A stretch of 64,000 nucleotides of DNA, counting the filler, from Stramenopiles sp. TOSAG23-2 (taxonomy: Eukaryota), in the NCBI GenBank assembly GCA_900128395.1. It is 9 parts of 9 records of this genome, joined end to end, with 100 filler letters (N's around TTAATTAATTAA, not from the genome) between each part and the next. Parts side by side here need not be neighbours in the genome. Positions count along the whole stretch, not along the records: positions 54,316 to 55,851 come from LT652721.1; positions 55,952 to 57,486 come from LT652722.1; positions 57,587 to 59,121 come from LT652723.1; positions 59,222 to 60,756 come from LT652724.1; positions 60,857 to 62,391 come from LT652725.1; positions 62,492 to 64,000 come from LT652764.1; 3 more parts are not named here. One strand, written 5' to 3'. The first letter of the stretch is position 1. Each line of letters begins with the position of its first letter. The notes beneath the pieces were generated by a model. It ran no database searches. It had not been told where the DNA came from and saw nothing but the letters and a program-made list of their open reading frames with translations. A program made the position numbers and the translations under genes. Positions 55,562 to 64,000 of this stretch are shown piece after piece.

Positions 55562-55851
55562 CTTGTTGTTATTAACGTATATGTATATGTGTTTGTATTT
55601 GCGTCTCTGTCTTTTATATCATGATATCTATGGGCATTATGTATTAGAATGTGTTTGTTTTTTGTGGCTGGCCAGCTGGCTATTATTATTTATTATTATT
55701 CTTCTTCCCCGCGGCGGGTTGCCAACAACAAAACAAAAAAATCTAGCTAGAGCTATAGCTGGGCTAGCCCAGCTACGACATAAGAATCATATATAACCTA
55801 ACAAGTACAATTGCCTATCATCACCATCATTATCATAATATAATTTGATAG

Positions 55852-55951
55852 NNNNNNNNNNNNNNNNNNNNNNNNNNNNNNNNNNNNNNNNNNNNTTAAT
55901 TAATTAANNNNNNNNNNNNNNNNNNNNNNNNNNNNNNNNNNNNNNNNNNNN
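55852..55951. other. Artificial contig linker
   Basis: N run + TTAATTAATTAA + N run. Confidence 0.98.
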
Positions 55952-56592
55952 GCAATAATATTTAAACGCTTTTATTGACGGTTATCTGGATTATCTCTTT
56001 TTTTTTGTTTTCAAATTTGTTTCTTACTTTTAATACATTTTCTATCCTCTGGCATATTTTTGGCTATCATCGCTTATTATTATTATTATATATGTTCTTT
56101 TAATAAGTAGTATTATTATTGCTTATAATATATAAATCTAATATAATAAATAAGAAGAAACCAACAATCCAACGAGAAATCACGTTTCCGATCGTAGGCA
56201 ATGCTGTGTCGATTGTAAATATATTCTAGCATAGTACTACGCCTAAAAACAATAGCATAGACACAATGGGTGTTATTTTCAATTTGGCTTTGGAACAAAC
56301 TCACCGAGAATGAAAATATTATGAGTTTGATAGTATCATAATAAAAGTGCAAAAGTTGTATTTATACTAATAGTTATTGTAATATGTTCATCAAACTCTA
56401 ACTTTATAAGTCATTAAAGTCATACGTAATATAGTATGATATATAAAAAATTCTCTTAATTTATATGTTATAATACTTTTATCACACAGTATATTTTATC
56501 CAATATATTTAAAAGCAAAGCGTTTCTTTCACATCACATACACAGACACACACACACACACACAAACATTCTGTAGTTATTTTTATTTTTTC

Positions 56593-57486
56593 TCACGCAT
56601 CTGGTAATTTATAATCTTTACCTTTATCAGGTGCTACAACATATTTTGATTTTCCATCAACTTGTTCTCCGCCTTGTAAACTTTTTAATAAATCTTTTTG
56701 TGTTTTTTCTTTTTGTATTTTTTTTTTCCTAGCTTCTAACAATGATTTCACATTATTAACTACTGTTTTGATACATAACTCCTTAAATGTAATGTAAATC
56801 ACGAAAAAGATACATAAAAATACGGCACTTGATAGTAACATTAATAATGGTTCAATAAACATATCATTTGCTCTTGCTTGATCGGTGTCCATGCCAGACG
56901 CAGCAACTTCAAAAGCACGATAACTAATATAAAAACCTGTTGCTAACGTTAAAAACAATTGCAAGGATGTTATAAATTGCAAATTTTGATCTGCTGGGTC
57001 ATTGAATGGTTCCATTAAAGCTGCCATAAATGAATAGACAAAGCATATTAATACACCCAAAAATATTTGTAAACTATCTATAGGGATCATTACGAGGGCA
57101 CCAATTAATACCACCTTACGGACCATTTCTACAATTTCCCAGAAATAATATTTACGACGATAATCACCATAAATAGATCCAAATTCTTTACGAACTTTGA
57201 TAACTTCCGAATGCCAATTTGGGTCAATATGATCATCATGATCGTCTGGGTCATGTGCAATTGCTTGACGATGTGTATACAATATTGCACCGATAGCAAC
57301 TGGTATACAAAATACATATAGAAACATGAATGTCCAGGCATACCCTAATAAAGTCGTATATTCCGGGCTCTCAGGAATTATTCGTATAGACATATCAGCC
57401 GCCAGATATGTAATCTTGCCATATGTTTTACTTGCAAATGCGCGAAATACTCGTAAACTTAAACCAGGATACATCATGAAAACAAT
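56593..57486 (-). CDS. C-terminal multi-TM (TRP_C-like) domain of a large protist membrane protein, 5'-partial
   Basis: YLAADMSI, FGSIYGDYRRKYYFWEIVEMVRKVVLIG and MEPF...QNLQ. Confidence 0.75.
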   Translation of the reverse strand: MVFMMYPGLSLRVFRAFASKTYGKITYLAADMSIRIIPESPEYTTLLGYAWTFMFLYVFCIPVAIGAILYTHRQAIAHDPDDHDDHIDPNWHSEVIKVRKEFGSIYGDYRRKYYFWEIVEMVRKVVLIGALVMIPIDSLQIFLGVLICFVYSFMAALMEPFNDPADQNLQFITSLQLFLTLATGFYISYRAFEVAASGMDTDQARANDMFIEPLLMLLSSAVFLCIFFVIYITFKELCIKTVVNNVKSLLEARKKKIQKEKTQKDLLKSLQGGEQVDGKSKYVVAPDKGKDYKLPDA

Positions 57487-57586
57487 NNNNNNNNNNNNNN
57501 NNNNNNNNNNNNNNNNNNNNNNNNNNNNNNTTAATTAATTAANNNNNNNNNNNNNNNNNNNNNNNNNNNNNNNNNNNNNNNNNNNN
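57487..57586. other. Artificial contig linker
   Basis: N run + TTAATTAATTAA + N run. Confidence 0.98.
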
Positions 57587-58909
57587 AAAGAATTAGAATA
57601 TTTAGTATCTAAATTTGATATGCCAAGTAAATACCGCCCTCAACTATGGATGAAATGGTCTGGCGGAGAAGAGTTAAAAAAAGATGTAGACAAAGATTAC
57701 TTTCAAAATTTATTGAAATTGAAACCAACTGAAAAAGTGATGAAACAGATTGAATTGGATTTACCACGGACATGCCCAAAAAATGAACGCTTCAATACGG
57801 ATGATGCTATTGGAAGAGAAGAATTGCGTCAAATTTTATATTCATATGCATTGCGTAATCCAAAATTAGGTTATCTTCAATCCATGAATTTCATTGCAGC
57901 GCAATTATTGATTGTAACAAATGATGTGGAAACTTCTTTTTGGATAATGACTGCTGTTGTTGAATTGATGCTTGGTGATGGTTTTTATTTGACTGGGCTA
58001 GGAGATTTGTTAAAAAATATTGATACATTCACTGAATTAGTTGCAGTTAAATTACCAGATGTATCACAGAAATTAAATAGTGTTGGATTAAATATTTCGT
58101 TCCGTGTACCAAATTGGTTTTTATGTATGTATTTTAACTCATTTGAGGAAAAAACTACGACGAGAGTTTGGGATATGATATTTTTCCACGCATCATCCAC
58201 ACCAGCAGCTTTAAGTTGCATCGGCTTAGCACTTGTACAACATGCAGGAAAAGCAATATTGGATGCAAAAAATGCACCAGAATGTGCACAAGCTTTACAA
58301 TCAATGTTTTATAGAAATAATTCACCAGAACAATTAATTGGTAATGCCTTTTTTCAAAATTGGAGCATTGATGAAATCAAACGATCATTAAATAGCAATT
58401 CAATTAAAAAAGCTGTGAATAAGAAAAGAAAAACAATAACTGCACCACAAACATCAAGAAAGCATAAACGTAGTCGCAGTGAAGGGGACAATAGCAGTTT
58501 TTTTATGAACAATAATACTAATTTTAATCTTGGAAGCAACAGCAACGATAATAGACGCCGAGGAATTCCACATACAACAATGAAAAGAAGACGAACAGCT
58601 ACAGGGGCATTATCAAAAGATGATACGTATGCGCAATTATCGTCTAAATTATATTCACCGTTTGCTGCATTTAAATCTTGGTTAACACCTTCGAAAAAAG
58701 CTAATAATAACAATGTTTCAAAAAATTGTAGTAATAAAAAAAAATTGAATTTTGCCTCACCAAAACCTGGAATGACCTTTCATGCACATAATATTCGTAC
58801 AGTCGAAAATCTAACAAGTATAGAATCTGGAAGCCCAATGGGAATGGAAATGAAACCTGTTAAAAGTGTTAGGAAAAAAAGCAAGTTATCGAAAGAAAAC
58901 TCAAAATAA
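57587..58909 (+). CDS. TBC-domain Rab GTPase-activating protein, probably 5'-partial
   Basis: IELDLPRT, GYLQSMNFIA and RVWD. The frame is open back to the contig start. Confidence 0.92.
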   Translation, partial: KELEYLVSKFDMPSKYRPQLWMKWSGGEELKKDVDKDYFQNLLKLKPTEKVMKQIELDLPRTCPKNERFNTDDAIGREELRQILYSYALRNPKLGYLQSMNFIAAQLLIVTNDVETSFWIMTAVVELMLGDGFYLTGLGDLLKNIDTFTELVAVKLPDVSQKLNSVGLNISFRVPNWFLCMYFNSFEEKTTTRVWDMIFFHASSTPAALSCIGLALVQHAGKAILDAKNAPECAQALQSMFYRNNSPEQLIGNAFFQNWSIDEIKRSLNSNSIKKAVNKKRKTITAPQTSRKHKRSRSEGDNSSFFMNNNTNFNLGSNSNDNRRRGIPHTTMKRRRTATGALSKDDTYAQLSSKLYSPFAAFKSWLTPSKKANNNNVSKNCSNKKKLNFASPKPGMTFHAHNIRTVENLTSIESGSPMGMEMKPVKSVRKKSKLSKENSK

Positions 58910-59121
58910 ATTTTGTACGCGAAGTATGAGATTTTTTATATATAAAATAATTCTCTTATTTATCATATATATGCATATAATTTAAAGATTTTATTTACTC
59001 ATAATGTTATCTTAGTATATATATATAGTTGATATTGAAGATAGTGAAAATAGTCAATTACAATCATCTCCTGAGATGTACTCTCTGAGTATTAAAGAGA
59101 CTCAGGATGTCATGAGCATCG

Positions 59122-59221
59122 NNNNNNNNNNNNNNNNNNNNNNNNNNNNNNNNNNNNNNNNNNNNTTAATTAATTAANNNNNNNNNNNNNNNNNNNNNNN
59201 NNNNNNNNNNNNNNNNNNNNN
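59122..59221. other. Artificial contig linker
   Basis: N run + TTAATTAATTAA + N run. Confidence 0.98.
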
Positions 59222-60756
59222 AAGAAAGGCATGAAAAACAATTAAGAATATTCTTACAAAGACAATTAGGAGATGCGAAAAGAGCGGAGCGTTCTATAAT
59301 TATGCAAAAGGAAACACAGTCGGAATTAGAAAAGAGGCGTAGTGACGAAATTATAGCAAGAAGTTTACGCGTACCAGGTCCGTCAGATTTTATAGAATAT
59401 ACAAGAACGTCGGATAAATTGTCAAAGGTTTTAATAACATCACCAAATGTTGATCGTGGAGGACGATCAAAGTCAAGTGGTAATTTACCAGAAATAACAC
59501 CTCAACAACGTATTGAAATAGACAGAGAAGAAAAAAAAAATACAACGAATGAAAAAGATGAAAAAACAACAATATTTAAAAGAACGTGCGGAATTATTAA
59601 AAAAAGAAACAGAAGCAAAATTTAAAATGCAATTTGATCGAATACGTGATAAAGAGGAACATTTAAAAGTTAAAGAGAAACAACGTTTAAGACAGCTGGA
59701 AATTAAAAAAAGGCAAAGTCAATATAAAATACAATTAAAACGTGAAGCATTAGAAAGACGAATAAAAAATGCGACGTTAATGCAAGAAAAAATGTTACAA
59801 GATAAATACGAAAATCATTTAAAAAAAGAGCATTTAAGATACATGCAAATAGTTGAACGTGAAATTTTAGAGGAGTACAAACAGGAGGAGAAGGATAAGC
59901 AACGAAGACAAAAAGAGGCGAAGAGGGAAAAAAATCAACTTAAACGTATAAAATTAGAAACAAATAAACGAAATGAATTACTTAGGAAAGAGGATAATAT
60001 GAAAAAACAATTAAAAAATTTTTACAAAGATCTAGAGGAACATCGTCTTAAAATGTCTCAAATACACGAGGAAAATAGTATGCATGGTAAAGACGTATTA
60101 AAGCAAATGAATGACAGGCATCAAATGTTTGTTAATCATGTATTAAGAAAACGCGATATGACCGAAGAGAAATTAAATGAATATTACCAACGATTAGATG
60201 ATGAAGCGGAAGAACGGAGAATAAATGCAAATCTTCGAGAGGAAGATAGAATAGATCGAATAAATACAGTTTATGATACATTAGCTGAGCAAAATGAAAT
60301 CAAACAAGCAATGTATGAATCTAGTCAATACCGTCATGAAATTTTATTGCATGAGATACGACATGAAAAGAAAATGGAAATACGTCAAAAGGCATTGAAA
60401 CATGATCAATTAGTAGAAAGAATCAAACGAGAGCGAGAAATTAGGATCAGGTATAGAGAAAAACGAATTGAAGAAAAAGCTGCTTTACGAAAGTTACGTC
60501 AACAACAGTCAAAGCTAAAAATTAGCAGTGCTAACAATGAAAAAAATGAAAAGCAAGGCTTGTCAACAAGATTTAAAAGGAAGAAGAAGAAAAAGAAACT
60601 AGTGGAAAAAAGCTCAGATGACATATTGTATGAAATTGAAGATTTACGTCTAAGACAAGATCTACAATTAGATTTGGTTTTAGATGAAGAAGAAGCTGCG
60701 GAAAAAGCAAGGTATGAAGCTGAGATAAGTGCCGCGCCAATAGATCGGCGAAGAGT
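59222..60756 (+). CDS. Coiled-coil protein, partial at both ends, with a frameshift in a poly-A run
   Basis: E/K/R/Q-rich. Removing one A from 59531-59540 joins the two ORFs (EEKKIQRMKKMKK). Confidence 0.7.
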
Positions 60757-60856
60757 NNNNNNNNNNNNNNNNNNNNNNNNNNNNNNNNNNNNNNNNNNNN
60801 TTAATTAATTAANNNNNNNNNNNNNNNNNNNNNNNNNNNNNNNNNNNNNNNNNNNN
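60757..60856. other. Artificial contig linker
   Basis: N run + TTAATTAATTAA + N run. Confidence 0.98.
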
Positions 60857-60916
60857 ATATTATATATAATAAGATGTGTTAGAGGGCAAATAATTGAATA
60901 TGTTAATACGTAGTTA

Positions 60917-62391
60917 CTAACTTACAAATTTAAGAATTTTATCTAAGCAATTTGCTCTTTTTGCAATGACAGTAAGACCATGTAATTGCGAAATAGACAT
61001 TATTCCGCATTTATTCTCTGTTGGAGAAAAATGTTTCATTACATGACATCCTTTAAATAGCCCATATCTATGATACTTATCTCCGCGTACTCCTAAAACG
61101 ATATGCTCCTCCAACTTAGAATATTTCCTTATCGCTTCATTGATTACACCCGTTTTCATGTCTTCATCACCAAACATTATCAATCTCAACATTATGAAGA
61201 ATTTAGGAATATCAATAATATACGGAAAACCTCCGCCAAAACACTGTTGTATACTATTTAGTAAAGTTAGATTGGTCTTTCGTTTCCTAATACTGCACCC
61301 ACTTATAACCAGTTGTGCCGCAAGTATATGTGATATGTCATAGTGCTGGGTGATTAAATCAAACACATCATTTCCATACTCGGTCCAATAAAGCTTATAA
61401 TATTTACGAAAAAATATACAGAATTGAATTGGAAAAATATAGTTTAAAAACATTAACACAAAGAGCAATCGACGACCAATCATAACGGGAATAAGAAACA
61501 AACCTATGAACGAACACATACAAACTATGATACTAACCTCGACAAGGAGGATAAAATTGATAGCCTTGCGCTTTCCAAAAAAGCTAATATGAATACCGTT
61601 TATTATAACTGCTGGTAAAACCAAAATTAGCATAATTGTACAATCCCAGACAGTATAATCACACGCCATTCGGTTATATGTACGTATATCCCGCCATTGT
61701 GTGCCATTCAATGAACAGAACATACTAATTGAGGCGATTTCCCAATCATACCGCGCAGTTTTAAATTCACTTTCTGGTGGTACCTCACCAATTATATGAT
61801 AATATATGTTTTCATACAAAATTAAACCAAGAACCATAATAAATAAAGTGCCAATACTCAAGTAAGCATAATTTTGAATCATATATTCTGGGTTACCTAT
61901 AGACATTGCAAACGATTTAGCCACTTTCACAGGATATGTCATTAAAATGCTTCTTGTTGGCTGGCCAATTTTATAATTTCGATGTATTTTGAAATATCGT
62001 AAGGAATCTTCGTATTTATTATTCCGTATATCTATGTCATGCTCTTTTCTCTCATTTTTCGTTTTTAAAATCCCTTTCTTCTTCTTATCTGATCGAGACT
62101 TAATTTCAACGACTTTTTCTGTGTCGTCATCATCATCATCATCCGTACTACCATCATCACCACCGGTTGCCTCTTCAGCTTTTTGTATCTTCGCAAGATG
62201 TCTATAATCGATGTCCCCATTGTCATCTGCTTCCGCAGCTTCCAGCATTTTAGAAATCAAACTATTGTTGATAGAATATGATCTTTGAAGTGGTGTGTGG
62301 TTAGCGTTGTTTTTTACATGTAGCCAGTCGCGTTTCAATAGCACCTTTACAGCATCATGCCTGCCGTATCTAACCGCACAATGTAATGGGG
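60917..62391 (-). CDS. Ankyrin-repeat membrane protein, 5'-partial
   Basis: The frame extends to the contig edge as PLHCAVRYGRHDAVKVLL..NNANHTPL. Several TM segments follow. Confidence 0.7.
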
Positions 62392-62491
62392 NNNNNNNNN
62401 NNNNNNNNNNNNNNNNNNNNNNNNNNNNNNNNNNNTTAATTAATTAANNNNNNNNNNNNNNNNNNNNNNNNNNNNNNNNNNNNNNNNNNNN
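62392..62491. other. Artificial contig linker
   Basis: N run + TTAATTAATTAA + N run. Confidence 0.98.
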
Positions 62492-62805
62492 AAAAAATAG
62501 CAAATATCCGAAAATATAGAAAAAATGATGAATATTTCCCCGATATGGTGAATAGTGTTATAAGTGCACAGTTTTTGCATGTTTTAGAGGGTATATTATA
62601 GCATTATATAGCACTGCTTTTTGCGTCATAGCTTTACCTGGTAGCTTCTTCATAGCTTCAAGTGTGCCCAACAACAACTTGTTGAATAAAGGTAATATAT
62701 CCATAGATATTATATCTCAGTATTACACAACAAAAAGTGAATAAAAGTGAAAATATACTTTAGACCATCAAACAAACAGGCACAATAATTTCAATAAGAA
62801 CAACA

Positions 62806-64000
62806 ATGACGGAATTTGTTATGAGCAAAAGCGGGGACATAGAGGATTTGCCTTTTCCACCAACTTTAAACGACGACGATTACTACAATTTATTTTTGGA
62901 CGAAGAAGAATTATCTAGTTTAAATGATAGTTCTGACGAAAGTTTTAATAATAACGATAATCTATCTTTGGATCAAACACTGGAAAAAGAATTATCTAGT
63001 CTCAATGATGGTTCTGACAAAAGTTTTAATAATAATAATGATCTATCTATCGGGCATTTAACTAGTCATACAAATATTTACACGCTAACTGTAGTGCCAA
63101 AACCCGAAGCAAATGGAAATATACCAGATCAACCCGACCAAGGCGGGAGTACACAATATAAATATGTGTACCACGGAAAAAAAAGCTTATACATCATCAG
63201 TGCCCAAAGCGAAAACAACCCTGAAGAAGAACCTTTTCATTTTATTAATAAAGATTGTATTTTGGTTGCATTTGCAAATGGGGCTGGTGAAGACTATCCA
63301 AAAATATTATACGAGGGAAAAGGAAAATATGCGACAGAGTTGAAAGATTCAAAAAGGAAACATATAGCAGTGAAAGTATTAAAAAAAGGTGCATATCCAT
63401 ACACAATAAATTTCAGAGAAGGCAATAACAAACAAAGGTATTGGAAAATATACGCAAAAGAAGAAGAAGGATGGTACCAAGACATAACCAAAACGTTTTG
63501 TATTATCGATAATAATAATTCAAATCTATTTCAATCATCATTTCTAGGTTTTAAATCAGAAAATAATACAAATACGAGAGTCAAAAAAGATAATGAGAGT
63601 CTTAAAGTTAAAGCTGGAAGAAACATGAAAAAACGATCTAGTAGTGACAACGAAAACGACAATCATATGAGGAAGAAACAGAGATTTGGAATTGAAGTTC
63701 GAAATAGTGAATCGGATGACACAATAAGTTTAAGTTCAAGCGATGGTAGTACAGATGGAGGAGAAAATTTAAATATGAAAATTGACGGAGAAGAAAATAA
63801 AAAACTTGCCCATGATCAAGTTATGTTAAAAATATCATATCCGGCAGATCGTGAAGAGTTTGAAAAACTATTAAAAACTGAGTCTAAGCAACGCAAAATC
63901 TTTCAGGAAATTGAAAATATTTATAATGAAGTACTAGAAAATACGTTTTCGTTTTCTTTAGTTGAAGTCACACCAAATAAAAATATTGTAAGAAAGGTAC
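62806..64000 (+). CDS. Hypothetical protein, 3'-partial (absent from the ORF track)
   Basis: Manual translation from ATG 62806 (MTEFVMSKSGDIEDLPFPP...) stays open to the window end. Two ELSSLNDxSDxSFNNN repeats. Confidence 0.7.
   Translation, partial: MTEFVMSKSGDIEDLPFPPTLNDDDYYNLFLDEEELSSLNDSSDESFNNNDNLSLDQTLEKELSSLNDGSDKSFNNNNDLSIGHLTSHTNIYTLTVVPKPEANGNIPDQPDQGGSTQYKYVYHGKKSLYIISAQSENNPEEEPFHFINKDCILVAFANGAGEDYPKILYEGKGKYATELKDSKRKHIAVKVLKKGAYPYTINFREGNNKQRYWKIYAKEEEGWYQDITKTFCIIDNNNSNLFQSSFLGFKSENNTNTRVKKDNESLKVKAGRNMKKRSSSDNENDNHMRKKQRFGIEVRNSESDDTISLSSSDGSTDGGENLNMKIDGEENKKLAHDQVMLKISYPADREEFEKLLKTESKQRKIFQEIENIYNEVLENTFSFSLVEVTPNKNIVRKV

Noticed and set aside
59531..59540. Programmed frameshift between ORFs 59302 and 59549
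   Set aside because: A one-base homopolymer length error explains it and I saw no stimulatory structure.
125..63491. Many 60-140-aa ORFs rich in Y/I/L/F or antisense to long genes
   Set aside because: Products of (TA)n and trinucleotide low-complexity DNA or of antisense frames. No recognisable motifs.

Overview
AT-rich eukaryotic nuclear DNA, not prokaryotic. It is a pseudo-molecule of nine unrelated contigs joined by an artificial 100-nt linker (44 N + TTAATTAATTAA + 44 N), so nothing across a linker is synteny. Genes are compact, apparently intronless and rich in poly-Asn/Lys/Ser. Cilium-type genes (CFAP65-like, CCDC81-like) suggest a flagellated protist, possibly a stramenopile single-cell or metagenome assembly (inference). 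Recognisable genes: purple acid phosphatase, DHPS, TYW1, APC13, UFD1, GPKOW, a peroxisomal-type carrier, an SDR, a syntaxin, a P5 ATPase, AATF/Bfr2, organellar uL13, RRP15 and a TBC Rab-GAP. Structure visible in the sequence itself: (1) a GC-richer island in which a P5-ATPase gene is bracketed by two direct copies of a ~75-bp hairpin; (2) a 520-bp CACTA-type non-autonomous element next to a diverged copy of the UFD1 3' flank that truncates another gene; (3) piggyBac-like TTAA elements with palindromic subterminal repeats; (4) a non-LTR retrotransposon endonuclease remnant; (5) an exact 53-bp inverted TYW1 fragment fused in frame into another gene; (6) about 16 exact 88-142-bp tandem duplications confined to one contig, most likely assembly artefacts; (7) recurring intergenic motifs. 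No rRNA, tRNA or true CRISPR array was recognised. Family calls rest on motif recognition by eye, with no searches run.
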